Source of the DNA: an uncultured Chlamydiae bacterium | GTDB taxonomy: Bacteria > Chlamydiota > Chlamydiia > Chlamydiales > SM23-39 | NCBI GenBank assembly: GCA_963828125.1 | Contig: CAWHDP010000001.1 | Coordinates: 224,001-288,000 of the forward strand | Length of the DNA stretch: 64,000 nt | Direction of reading: 5' to 3' | In this document: positions 32,096 to 41,667 of the stretch, piece after piece | Layout of the letters: each line of letters begins with the position of its first letter | How positions within the stretch are numbered: position 1 is the stretch's first letter | Translations under genes and position numbers: made by a program | Notes under the pieces: model-generated | What the model was told of the DNA's origin: nothing | The model's input: the letters and a program-made list of their open reading frames with translations, nothing else | Databases searched by the model: none

Positions 32096-32453
32096 AGAAA
32101 CCTACCTTAAAAAAGATGTCCCGGTGTTTAACATTGGCGACACCGTTCGCGTCAATACGCGGATTGTCGAAGGGGAAAAAGAACGTCTCCAGGCCTTTTC
32201 TGGCACAGTGGTTGCCAAGAAGGGGATGGGACTTTCTGAGACCTTTACTATTTATCGAAACGCGTACGGCTCTTGCATGGATCGGGTCTTCTTGCTCCAT
32301 AGTCCGCGGATCGCATCGATTGAAGTCGTTCGTCCTGGAAAAGTGCGGAGAGCTAAACTCTACTATCTTCGCGGACGTTCCGGCAAAGCCGCTAAGGTGC
32401 GCGAGTTATATGTTGCTGGCGACGAACACGCTCCTGCCGCGCCGCAAGTGTAA
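32064..32453 (+). CDS. rplS: 50S ribosomal protein L19
   Basis: GDTVRV, ERLQAF, GKVRRAKLYYLR. Confidence 0.96.
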   Translation: MSRSPFIQEVEETYLKKDVPVFNIGDTVRVNTRIVEGEKERLQAFSGTVVAKKGMGLSETFTIYRNAYGSCMDRVFLLHSPRIASIEVVRPGKVRRAKLYYLRGRSGKAAKVRELYVAGDEHAPAAPQV

Positions 32454-32492
32454 GTATTTCCAAAAAAAGCTCCGATCCGTTAACTTTTCTGC

Positions 32493-33146
32493 ATGCAGAA
32501 ATTATCCGGGTCGGAGCTTTTTCGTTTAGAATCTATGTCGCTTTACGAAAAACGTTTGAAAGGAGAAGGGTTTTCTCGCATTGCTGGGATTGACGAAGCG
32601 GGCAGAGGCCCTCTCGCGGGTCCCGTAGTTGCGGCTGCTTGCATTCTTCCTGAAGGGGCGTTGTTTAACGGTCTCAACGACAGCAAGCAACTGACTCCAG
32701 AGCAAAGAGAAATCCTTTTTATCGAGATGACCCGGTATCACGGCATGATCTACGGCGTCGGAGTCATCGATCATGAACAGATCGACCGGGTGAATATTCT
32801 CCAGGCCACTTTTCTTGCGATGAGAAAAGCGGTAGATGAGATGGCTGTTCTCCCCGACTACCTGCTGATCGACGGGAATCAGATTCCCCATTTTGACATT
32901 CCGGCTGAATCGATTGTGGCAGGAGATACTCTTTCGGTATCGATTGCAGCCGCCTCCATTCTCGCTAAAGTAACGCGCGACCGGATTATGGGAGAGTTAG
33001 ACAAAAAGTACCCGCAATATGGATTTAAGCAGCACAAAGGGTATGCGACCGAGCAGCATCTAGAGGCGATCCGATCTTTGGGGCCTTGCCCAATTCACCG
33101 GAAATCCTTCGATCCGGTGAAATCTATGCATGGAACCTATGAATAA
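32493..33146 (+). CDS. rnhB: Ribonuclease HII
   Basis: [34 protein letters not shown]. Confidence 0.96.
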   Translation: MQKLSGSELFRLESMSLYEKRLKGEGFSRIAGIDEAGRGPLAGPVVAAACILPEGALFNGLNDSKQLTPEQREILFIEMTRYHGMIYGVGVIDHEQIDRVNILQATFLAMRKAVDEMAVLPDYLLIDGNQIPHFDIPAESIVAGDTLSVSIAAASILAKVTRDRIMGELDKKYPQYGFKQHKGYATEQHLEAIRSLGPCPIHRKSFDPVKSMHGTYE

Positions 33147-33206
33147 TGTCCAGTTTAGACTTATCAAAAAACCGGATTTCGCTTAAAATCAGGCGGGAGG
33201 TTCTCT

Positions 33207-34079
33207 ATGCTAAGCAGTATGACCGGTTTTGGAAGAGCGATTATCGATGCTCCATTTGGGTGGCTCACAGTCGAAATCCAGTCGGTCAATCGGAAATATT
33301 TGGAAGTGTTCGTCTCTTTGCCGAAGGAATTTAGCCGATTTGAGCACGAAGTGCGCAAATGGGTAGGGGCGGCGGTGTCGCGCGGCGGAGTTTCGGTACG
33401 CGTTTTTGTGATTCCCAGTGCAGCTGCCGTTGAAGGACTCCTCCCCGATGTAGAGGTTTTAAAGGGGCTGAAGAGGGGATGGGAAAAGATCGCGCGGGAA
33501 TTGGGCGCGGATTCAAAACAGATCGATCTCCCTTTTATCATGCAGTATCTCCCTATTCAGCCCAAACTCGATTTTGCCTCGGACGAGGATTTAACCGCTT
33601 TGCACAAATGTGTGAGCGAGGCTCTCAAAGCGTTCATTGAGATGAAGCAGACGGAGGGGAAAGCCCTTGCCAAAGATCTATCCAACCGGCTGCAAGAACT
33701 GGAGAGGATGCTGGCTTCAATAGAGGCAATCGCTCCAGACGCTACGGCTAGAATGCGTCAAAAGCTCTCCGAAAAAATGGGAGAGATTCTCAGTTTAGGA
33801 CCAGAGCTCGAAGAGCGTCTTTTACGCGAGGTGGCCCTCTTCGCAGAGCGGGTGGATACAGCGGAAGAGATCACCCGTTTTCGGAGCCACGTAGTCCAGT
33901 TCAAGACGATCCTCAAGGAGGGGCTTGTCGGAAGGAAAATGGATTTCTTGATTCAGGAGATGGGGCGTGAGGTGAACACGATCGGCTCTAAATCGATCGA
34001 TGCGAAGATCTCCCATCTCGTCGTTGAGATGAAGAGCGAGCTCGAGAAAATTAGGGAACAAGTGCAGAATATCGAATGA
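33207..34079 (+). CDS. yicC: YicC/YloC family endoribonuclease
   Basis: SMTGFG, SVN, EE..R..SH, GRKMDFL.QE..RE.NTIGSK, IREQVQNIE. Confidence 0.93.
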   Translation: MLSSMTGFGRAIIDAPFGWLTVEIQSVNRKYLEVFVSLPKEFSRFEHEVRKWVGAAVSRGGVSVRVFVIPSAAAVEGLLPDVEVLKGLKRGWEKIARELGADSKQIDLPFIMQYLPIQPKLDFASDEDLTALHKCVSEALKAFIEMKQTEGKALAKDLSNRLQELERMLASIEAIAPDATARMRQKLSEKMGEILSLGPELEERLLREVALFAERVDTAEEITRFRSHVVQFKTILKEGLVGRKMDFLIQEMGREVNTIGSKSIDAKISHLVVEMKSELEKIREQVQNIE

Positions 34080-34642
34080 AAAAGGGGCTTGTTTTTGTCG
34101 TCAGCGCTCCAGCAGGAACTGGAAAGACCACTCTTGTCCGGATGCTCATGGAAGAGTTCCATCATGTGGTCGATAGCATTTCCTACACCACCCGCCTCCC
34201 GCGCGCCAATGAAGTGCCTGGACGGGACTATAACTTCATCACTGTCGATGAATTTAAAGCAAAAATCGCCGAGGGAGAATTTCTTGAATACGCCGAGGTT
34301 TTCCACCAATTTTACGGCACATCGAAAAAGTTTGTCGATGGGCAGCAAGAAAAGGGGAAACATGTGATCTTGGTGATCGATACGCAAGGAGCTCTCCAAC
34401 TGAAAGGGGAACTCGATGCGGTCTTTATCTTCATCAGCCCACCCAGTTTGGATGAGCTTCGAGCCCGTCTTTGTCGCCGCAAATCGGAGACAGAAGAGGC
34501 GATTGAGACCCGCCTTTCATGGGCTGAAGAAGAGATGGCCCTTGCGGGTCAATACGACTATCACATCGTAAATGATCATTTGAAGACGGCCTATGACGCC
34601 CTCCGCTCGATTTTGATTGCCGAAGAGCATCGAAACCGTTAA
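34076..34642 (+). CDS. gmk: Guanylate kinase
   Basis: SAPAGTGKTT, SYTTR.PR..E..G.DY.F, YGT. Confidence 0.96.
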   Translation: MKKGLVFVVSAPAGTGKTTLVRMLMEEFHHVVDSISYTTRLPRANEVPGRDYNFITVDEFKAKIAEGEFLEYAEVFHQFYGTSKKFVDGQQEKGKHVILVIDTQGALQLKGELDAVFIFISPPSLDELRARLCRRKSETEEAIETRLSWAEEEMALAGQYDYHIVNDHLKTAYDALRSILIAEEHRNR

Positions 34643-34688
34643 ACTGGGCGCTTGCCAGTTAAACTGCTTGCCAAAAGGAAAACGTCTT

Positions 34689-34859
34689 ATGTCTGACTCC
34701 CTGACCACAGAAAGAATTCGGAAGAAATTCAAGAACAATTTTGATCTTTGCAACTTTGCGATCAATATCGCGCGAAACATCATCATGAGTGGAACGCAAG
34801 CCACTCTGACGGAGTTACTTACGATTATTGAAGAGAGAGCTTCGGAATCTCGTGGCTGA
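34689..34859 (+). CDS. Small protein, RNA polymerase omega-like
   Basis: Located between gmk and metG; LT.E.I.KKF.N.F.L.N.AI..A pattern. Confidence 0.6.
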   Translation: MSDSLTTERIRKKFKNNFDLCNFAINIARNIIMSGTQATLTELLTIIEERASESRG

Positions 34860-36882
34860 GAAAATACTGATTACCTCGGCCCTCCCTTATGCGAATGGGC
34901 CGCTCCATTTTGGCCATATTGCGGGGGCCTATCTTCCGGGCGACTGTTATGCCCGTTTTCAGCGTTTGATGGGGAATGACGTCCTTTACATTTGCGGGTC
35001 GGACGAGCATGGAGTGGCGATCACGCTGAGCGCCGATCTGGCTAAACGGACTCCGAAGGAGCACGTGGATCTTTTTCATGAGATCAACCGGGCATTTTTT
35101 CATCAACTCGAGTTTTCTTTTGACCATTACAGTCGAACCACGTGGCCGGGACATATTCCGACGACCCAAGCATTTTATTATGCATTAGACAAGAGGGGAG
35201 TGATTGAAGAGAAGGTGGAAAATCATCTTTATTCGGAGTCAGAGAAGCGGTTTTTAGCAGACCGTTATGTCGTAGGGACCTGCCCCAAATGCGGTTACGA
35301 AGAGGCCCGTGGCGACGAATGCCAGCAATGCGCAGCCTCTTATGAGGCGACCGATCTCAAAAACCCCCGTTCCAAGCTCACTGGCTCGCCCCTGATTTTG
35401 AAACCGAGCAACCACCTCTATCTCCGTTTTGACAAATTCAAAGAACAGCTTGCCGCTTGGATTAAGGAGAAGAAATGGAAGGATAACGTAGTCCATTTTG
35501 CTATGCAGTACATCCATGATCTCAAGCCGCGTGCGATCACCCGCGACTCTGATTGGGGAGTGCCTGTGCCCGGCTATCCTGGGAAAGTTTTTTATGTTTG
35601 GTTTGACGCTCCGATTGGTTATATTTCGGCAACGCAGGAGTGGGCCCAAAAGATAGGGCGTCCAAACCGTTGGGAAGAGTATTGGTTCGATCCGAATTGT
35701 AAATTGGTCCATTTTATTGGCAAGGACAACATTCCATTCCACGCCGTCTTTTTTCCTGCGATGCTGATGGGACAAGAGAGGCCCTACATTTTGCCCGACC
35801 AAATTCCGGCCAATGAGTTTTATCTTCTAGAAGGGCGCCAGTTTTCCAAATCGGAAGGGTGGACGATCGATCTGCAAGAATTTTTCACCCATTACACACC
35901 TGATCAAGCTCGCTATGCTATTGCCGCTAACGCTCCGGAGAGTTCCGATTCCGAATTTTCTTGGAAGGATTTCCAAATGCGCTGCAATGCCGAACTGCTT
36001 GGAAAATTTGGCAATTTCGTTAACCGGGTCCTTGTTTTTGCGAGACAGCATTGTCAGGGAAGAGTTCCTTTGCTGGGGGCGCATGATGGAGTTTTTCTTC
36101 GACAAATGGATAGATTGGTTGAGATGACGGCTGAGAGTTTTCAAACATTTCATCTGCGGCATGCGTGCCAGCTCCTCATGGAGCTATCCCAAGCAGGCAA
36201 TACCTTTTTTGACGCCAAAAAACCGTGGATTCTCGCTAAAGATCCCGCTGCTAGAAATGAATTAGATACAGTCATTGCGCTCAGCATCGAGTGCATCAAG
36301 AATTTAGCCCTTGTTGCATCGCCCATCATCCCCGCATCGGCCCAGAAAATTTGGCAGATGCTTGGATATTCTGGTGAGCTATCGAAAGGACATTGGCCAT
36401 CGATCCACAAAACGCCCGTTCCAACCGGGCAAACGTTCAACGAGCTCGAGATCTTATTCCGGAAAGTCGAAGACGAGGAGATTGAGACGCAGATTCAGAA
36501 ATTAGGTGAAAAAGTAAAAGAGGCCCGCATGACGACCGTTACGACCTATCAACCCCTCAAACCGTCCGTCGCATTTGACGATTTTGTCAAACTCGATTTT
36601 CGCGTTGCCCAAGTGCTTGAGGCTGAGAAGGTTCCAAAGTCGAAAAAACTTTTAAAACTCCGAGTCGATCTCGGTTTTGAGAAGAGGACGATTGTCTCTG
36701 GGATTGCCCTTACGTATGAACCGGAGGCACTGATCGGCCGCAAAGTGGTGATTGTCGCCAACCTTGCACCCGCTACCATTATGGGGATTGAGAGCCAGGG
36801 GATGGTGCTTGCGGCGAGTCTTGAAGCAACGCTCGAGCTGCCGCAGATTCAGCATCTGGCTCCGGGCGCCGTCGTTACGTAA
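34852..36882 (+). CDS. metG: Methionine--tRNA ligase with C-terminal tRNA-binding domain
   Basis: ALPYANG.LHFGH, Zn knuckles, YVWFDA, FIGKDN, QFSKS, C-terminal Trbp111-like domain. Confidence 0.97.
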   Translation: MAEKILITSALPYANGPLHFGHIAGAYLPGDCYARFQRLMGNDVLYICGSDEHGVAITLSADLAKRTPKEHVDLFHEINRAFFHQLEFSFDHYSRTTWPGHIPTTQAFYYALDKRGVIEEKVENHLYSESEKRFLADRYVVGTCPKCGYEEARGDECQQCAASYEATDLKNPRSKLTGSPLILKPSNHLYLRFDKFKEQLAAWIKEKKWKDNVVHFAMQYIHDLKPRAITRDSDWGVPVPGYPGKVFYVWFDAPIGYISATQEWAQKIGRPNRWEEYWFDPNCKLVHFIGKDNIPFHAVFFPAMLMGQERPYILPDQIPANEFYLLEGRQFSKSEGWTIDLQEFFTHYTPDQARYAIAANAPESSDSEFSWKDFQMRCNAELLGKFGNFVNRVLVFARQHCQGRVPLLGAHDGVFLRQMDRLVEMTAESFQTFHLRHACQLLMELSQAGNTFFDAKKPWILAKDPAARNELDTVIALSIECIKNLALVASPIIPASAQKIWQMLGYSGELSKGHWPSIHKTPVPTGQTFNELEILFRKVEDEEIETQIQKLGEKVKEARMTTVTTYQPLKPSVAFDDFVKLDFRVAQVLEAEKVPKSKKLLKLRVDLGFEKRTIVSGIALTYEPEALIGRKVVIVANLAPATIMGIESQGMVLAASLEATLELPQIQHLAPGAVVT

Positions 36883-36884
36883 TA

Positions 36885-39059
36885 TTATGCAAACTCTAAT
36901 TGATGGTGGGTATCTGACTGGAAAGTTTTGGCCATCTCTGTGATGGCTTTTTCGAGTCCGGTGTGCCGTTTTTGCACTTGGTTGTTATGAATAGAGATTG
37001 CGATGGCCTTTGTGGTGCCGACGAGGTAGACCAGCCGTTTGCCGCGAGTGACTGCGGTATAGAGCAGATTTCGGTGAAGCAATTTGAAGTGAGAAGTATG
37101 GATAGGGATGACCACGCAAGGGCACTCGCTCCCCTGATATTTATGCACAGAAGTGGCATAAGCGAGAACCAGTTCATCGAGATCGGCCAAGTCGTACTCG
37201 ATCTCTCTGTCATCGAATCGGACCAGGACGATATTTTCTTTTAGATCGACGATTCTTCCGATATCGCCATTATAGATATTTTTATCGTAATTGTTTTTAA
37301 TTTGCATGACTTTATCGTGCAAGTGGAAACGTTTTCCGGCCCGAAAGATTGGTTTATTGCTTGGATTTAAAAGATTTTGGAGTGCGTCGTTGAGCATTTC
37401 GACCCCGATGCCCCCCTTTTTCATTGGGGAGAGGACCTGGATATCATCGATGGGGTTGTAGTTCCATAATTTTGGAATTTCCTCGGAGACGAGTCTTAAA
37501 ATGATTTCGGAGATTGCTTCTGGGGTATCGGCTGCGATGAAGTGGAAATCGCTCCTTTCGTTTGTGCTGAGTTCTGGGAATTCTCCGTGGTTGATTCTAT
37601 GCGCGTTGGTGATGATTTTGGAGCCCTTGGCCTGTCGGAAAATTTCGGTTAAGCAAGTGACTCCGATTTTGTTGGATCCGATCAAATCGCGGAGGACCGT
37701 TCCGGCCCCGACGCTTGGCAATTGATCGATATCGCCCACCAAAAGGAGACGAGCCTTTGTGGGGACGGCCCGCAGAAGGTAGAATAGGAGCTGCGTATCG
37801 ATCATGCTTGCCTCATCGATGATCAAGAGATCGCAATCGAGCGGATTCTCTCTGCTCCGTTTAAAGCTTTTTGAGGCGAAGTCCATTTCCAATAAAGCAT
37901 GGATAGTGAAGGCGAGCTTATGGGTGATTTGCGTCATCCGTTTAGCGGCCCTTCCTGTGGGTGCAGCGAGGATGATTTTATTAGTGAGTTTGTATGAGAT
38001 GGCTAAAATCGCATTGGTGATAGTGCTTTTTCCGGTACCGGGTCCTCCCGTGATGATGTGGACCTTATCGGTGAGCGCCTGCATGACGGCCGTTTTTTGT
38101 TGTTCGGCGAATTGGATGGAGAGTTTTTCCTGGACCCAGCCGACCGCTTTTTCGGTATGGATGGAACGGACCGCCTGCTTGCCTCCGATCAAGCGCAACA
38201 GATCGCGAGCGATACTCTGTTCGTAGGCGAAGTAGAGTTTAAGCCAGATCATTCCATTTTGTTTGACGATTTGTTTTTCGACTAAGTGATCGATTGTTTT
38301 TTCGATTAATTGGTTGTCTACTCCGAGGATGGCTGCGGCGATGGGGGTGAATTCGGCCACGGGGAAGCAAGTATTTCCATCGTTAGCTAGTTCCCATAAG
38401 ACGAATTCGACGCCGGCTGCCAGTCTTTCTGGCGAATGGAGGGCGAAGTCCAATTTCAGGGCGATCATATCGGCTATTTTGAAGCCGATTCCGAAGATTT
38501 CTTTGGCTAGTTGGTAGGGATTTTCTTTGACTTTAGCGATACTTTGATCGCCGTATTGTTTATAAATTTTTTGGGCGTAGCCGGGGCTGGCTCCGTGGGA
38601 GCGCAAGAAGACCATGACCTCCCTAATCGAGCGTTGTTCATTCCAGCACTCTTTGAGCTGGCGAATTTTTTTTTTGCCAAGCCCCTCGATTTCATAGAGT
38701 CGGTTTGGGTTTTTATCGATAATTTCGAGCGTATCGGCGCCGAAGCGGTCGACGATTTTTTTGGCGAATACCGGGCCGATCCCTTTAACGAGGCCCGATT
38801 CAAGATATTTTTGGATGCCGAGGATGTCTGAGGGGGCTTCGACGGTATATTCAGCGACCTCGAATTGTCGTCCGTGGGAGGGGTGGTTTTTCCAAGCTCC
38901 TTTGCAGACGATATTTTCACCTGGTTGGAGGCCTGGGAGCTTGCCGACGATGACGGTGAGGTCTTTTTTTCTGGGTTCTTTTAATCGAGCGACGGTGAAG
39001 CCATTTTCTGGCTGTGTGTAGACGATGGCGTCGACGTAACCGCTGAGCTGTTCATCCAT
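36885..39059 (-). CDS. recD2: RecD2-like ATP-dependent helicase
   Basis: HhH GIGP/GLG, ENPY.L, GGPGTGKS, IDEASM, GDIDQLPSV, HKYQGSE, LYTAVTR. Confidence 0.94.
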   Translation of the reverse strand: MDEQLSGYVDAIVYTQPENGFTVARLKEPRKKDLTVIVGKLPGLQPGENIVCKGAWKNHPSHGRQFEVAEYTVEAPSDILGIQKYLESGLVKGIGPVFAKKIVDRFGADTLEIIDKNPNRLYEIEGLGKKKIRQLKECWNEQRSIREVMVFLRSHGASPGYAQKIYKQYGDQSIAKVKENPYQLAKEIFGIGFKIADMIALKLDFALHSPERLAAGVEFVLWELANDGNTCFPVAEFTPIAAAILGVDNQLIEKTIDHLVEKQIVKQNGMIWLKLYFAYEQSIARDLLRLIGGKQAVRSIHTEKAVGWVQEKLSIQFAEQQKTAVMQALTDKVHIITGGPGTGKSTITNAILAISYKLTNKIILAAPTGRAAKRMTQITHKLAFTIHALLEMDFASKSFKRSRENPLDCDLLIIDEASMIDTQLLFYLLRAVPTKARLLLVGDIDQLPSVGAGTVLRDLIGSNKIGVTCLTEIFRQAKGSKIITNAHRINHGEFPELSTNERSDFHFIAADTPEAISEIILRLVSEEIPKLWNYNPIDDIQVLSPMKKGGIGVEMLNDALQNLLNPSNKPIFRAGKRFHLHDKVMQIKNNYDKNIYNGDIGRIVDLKENIVLVRFDDREIEYDLADLDELVLAYATSVHKYQGSECPCVVIPIHTSHFKLLHRNLLYTAVTRGKRLVYLVGTTKAIAISIHNNQVQKRHTGLEKAITEMAKTFQSDTHHQLEFA

Positions 39060-39105
39060 AGGAAAAAATTTTAGCATCTTGGATGAAGGTTCACAAGGAA
39101 ATTTC

Positions 39106-39135
39106 TTGCAAATTATTGGTTCTCAAATTTATGAT
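39106..39135 (+). promoter_or_regulatory. Putative tRNA promoter
   Basis: TTGCAA-N18-TATGAT upstream of the tRNA. Confidence 0.4.
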
Positions 39136-39152
39136 CATCTTTGTCAAACTGA

Positions 39153-39224
39153 TCCGGGTTAGCTCAGTGGTAGAGCAGTGGACTGTTAATCCATTGGTCG
39201 TATGTTCGAATCATACACCCGGAG
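39153..39224 (+). tRNA. tRNA-Asn (GTT), CCA not encoded
   Basis: Acceptor stem TCCGGGT/ACCCGGA plus G73; D arm GCTCAGTGGTAGAGC; anticodon loop CTGTTAA (GTT at 39185-87); T loop TTCGAAT. Confidence 0.97.
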
Positions 39225-39229
39225 TTTCT
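39181..39229 (+). repeat. attL of element 1 (49-bp direct repeat, copy 1)
   Basis: GACTGTTAATCCATTGGTCGTATGTTCGAATCATACACCCGGAGTTTCT, identical to 52372-52420. Confidence 0.95.
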
Positions 39230-39436
39230 CTATAGAAATTGGGGTCTAAAATCGGTTCAAAAAACCGCCCCCAAACAGTCAAATGCCGTAATCTTGCCGG
39301 AGTACGGAATTTCCTTAAATCACCCAAGCAGGGTGTTGGTTCCGTTAAATCTACGGAAATCATTAGAACATCCTTTTTTACTAGCCAATTTCAAGCGCAT
39401 GGATTGTTACGCCAATTCGCTTGTGAAGGAGTTAAA

Positions 39437-40501
39437 ATGGGTTCGATTCGTCAAAGACCACTGAAAAACGGTGGCGTTCGTTATCAAGCTGAAGTTCGTC
39501 TTAAAGGTCATCCTACTCTTGTTGCCATGTTCGATAGAAAAACCGACGCGAAAAGCTGGGTTCAAAAAGTTGAGACAGATATTCGCAACGGTCGCCATCA
39601 TCTCTATTCTGAAGCCATGCGTCATACTTTCGCAGAAGCTGTGGAACGCTACTGTAAAGAACAGCCCGTAACGATTGCGAAGAAAGGGCATCTTGATTGG
39701 TGGGTCAAGGAAATGGGGGCTATCTACTTACAGGATATACGACCAGCGGTGATTTCCGAAAAAAAACAAAAACTCCTCACTGAGCCGAATCATAAAGGCA
39801 CTATCCGGACCAAGAGCACATGCAATCGTTACTTAGCCACCCTCAGCCATCTGGTGAATATCTGTGTAAAACAGTGGGAGTGGGCGACTGAGAATCCGGT
39901 GAGGAAGATCTCTCGTGAAAAAGAGCCGAGAGAAAGAACCCGCTTTCTCAATCCTCAAGAGCGAAGTCGATTCCTTGAGGCATGCCGTGAAAGTGATAAT
40001 CCCGATCTCTTCGCGTTTGTTGTGCTTCTCCTAAGTACGGGATGCCGATATAACGAGGCGCGATGTCTGAAATGGACTGATGTCGATCTTGCACAAGGAA
40101 AAATCACGATCACAAAATCAAAGAACTCTGATATGCGGTCTCTTCCAATTCGAGGACTGGTTTTGGATTTATTCAGAGATTTGTCAGCAAGGCGTCTATC
40201 GCTTAGTTATGTTTTTCCTGGTCAAGATAAGTCAAAACCTCTGGAATTTCGGAGAGCTCTTAAAACTGCTATTAAACGAGCTGGATTGCAGGGATTCCGC
40301 CCGCACGACTGTCGTCATTCTTATGCGACCGAAATGCTGGCCCAGGGGCTTTCCTTGGGAGAGATTGGCCATCTGTTAGGCCACCGCAGCGTTTCAATGA
40401 CAAGGCGCTATGCCCACCTTGTTGAATCTCGATCTGTAGATGCTGTTGCAAAAATGTCAGAACAAATTTTTCAAGGAGTTGAAAATGGACGAGCAATCTA
40501 A
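39437..40501 (+). CDS. Tyrosine recombinase/integrase (intact)
   Basis: N-terminal arm-binding domain (YQAEVR.KG); catalytic R (GCR), K, HDCRH, LGH, RYAH; AAGGAG RBS. Confidence 0.93.
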   Translation: MGSIRQRPLKNGGVRYQAEVRLKGHPTLVAMFDRKTDAKSWVQKVETDIRNGRHHLYSEAMRHTFAEAVERYCKEQPVTIAKKGHLDWWVKEMGAIYLQDIRPAVISEKKQKLLTEPNHKGTIRTKSTCNRYLATLSHLVNICVKQWEWATENPVRKISREKEPRERTRFLNPQERSRFLEACRESDNPDLFAFVVLLLSTGCRYNEARCLKWTDVDLAQGKITITKSKNSDMRSLPIRGLVLDLFRDLSARRLSLSYVFPGQDKSKPLEFRRALKTAIKRAGLQGFRPHDCRHSYATEMLAQGLSLGEIGHLLGHRSVSMTRRYAHLVESRSVDAVAKMSEQIFQGVENGRAI

Positions 40502-41342
40502 GCCCCCTCATAATTTGGTCTCACTGACTTCTGAGGCGTTTTGGGAAAAACTTGATCAAATACACGATGACATAAGAGAACGTTTTTTTGGATACACATA
40601 TAAAATATTGTCAACGAAAACTCTGAGACGAGATGACAGTAATGAAACGCTTGTAGAGGCTCTTTGTTGTTATGAGGAATGGTACGAAAAAAACAAAGAC
40701 AGTATTTATTTCGAATGTGACAGTGCATGTCATTTTTTAAGATTGGTTCTTGAAAGAAATGCCCCTCTTTTTGGTTATGAAGAAGAAGTCTTCGGTCCAT
40801 TGAACATCAAAAGAGATCGTTCGGGATTGTCGGAGCCGCAGAAAAAGGAGATAGCCTTTCAGGCAGGTGCGCAAGTGCTTTGGTACCTGAAAAAAAGTAA
40901 AATCCCGACAATACAGGAGATGCAAGAATTGTTGCTCAATAAAACCCATCCATTTTTTGAAATTCTAGCAGCAGGAGATCCGAATTTATCTTTTGGCTCA
41001 CGCACTGTTAGTAACTGGATAAGCAAAGTATTTCCAATTCCGCAGGATGCAAGAAGAGGGCGCCCTTCAAAGGTTGCAATTTCTCCGACGGCGTTTGAAT
41101 GCTTGGTCTGTATTCCAGGAATTTTCTCAGAAAGGGGTGCAGTTATTAACTTTTCAATACTTCAATTTGTTTTAACATCTATTTCTCGGTTTTTAGAGAA
41201 GTTGGAATGGACACGAGAACAGATTATTAATTCAGAGATCTTTAAGCTCTATGCGAATCCAGTTCATCCTTTTCTTCGGATTTATAATGCAGTCTGGGTT
41301 CATCAAGTCTTCTTGAAAAATAGCAGTATTTTTACCCCATAA
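40485..41342 (+). CDS. Hypothetical protein, homolog of the IS-disrupted gene in element 2
   Basis: AAGGAG RBS; C-terminal IPG...E.GAV.NF..L..VL shared with 55510-56097. Confidence 0.75.
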   Translation: MDEQSKPPHNLVSLTSEAFWEKLDQIHDDIRERFFGYTYKILSTKTLRRDDSNETLVEALCCYEEWYEKNKDSIYFECDSACHFLRLVLERNAPLFGYEEEVFGPLNIKRDRSGLSEPQKKEIAFQAGAQVLWYLKKSKIPTIQEMQELLLNKTHPFFEILAAGDPNLSFGSRTVSNWISKVFPIPQDARRGRPSKVAISPTAFECLVCIPGIFSERGAVINFSILQFVLTSISRFLEKLEWTREQIINSEIFKLYANPVHPFLRIYNAVWVHQVFLKNSSIFTP

Positions 41343-41466
41343 TTTAGGTGCCATCAACGACGATTATTTAAAATTCTAGATACGTCAATCTAAAGCTGTT
41401 TGGATTTTAAGGAATACTCCGGCAAGAGATTTCCAGAACAAAAAAACGGTTTTAAGGAGACGTATC

Positions 41467-41661
41467 ATGAATCAATTACCTACGCAATACCTAGATAAGA
41501 ACCAAGCTCTTCAAAAATACCCTTTTCTTACAGCGAACATGCTGAAGAACCTTTTGTTTAAAGACATTGGAGGTTTTAGAGGCAAGGTCGTGAGGAAAGT
41601 CGGCCGTCGTGTTTTTTTGGACGAGGTGGCTTTACTGCGTTTCATAGCTGATAGCAAGTGA
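41467..41661 (+). CDS. Small Xis/AlpA-like DNA-binding protein
   Basis: 64 aa, AAGGAG RBS, basic wing RKVGRRVFLD; upstream of the replication gene. Confidence 0.65.
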   Translation: MNQLPTQYLDKNQALQKYPFLTANMLKNLLFKDIGGFRGKVVRKVGRRVFLDEVALLRFIADSK

Positions 41662-41667
41662 GGCACT

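Noticed and set aside
520..39021. Numerous antisense or alternate-frame ORFs over housekeeping genes
   Set aside because: They lie within well-supported genes and show no motifs.
39239..39436. 66-codon N-terminal extension of integrase 1
   Set aside because: It overlaps the att arm sites; ATG 39437 has a clear RBS and fits the start of the integrase domain.
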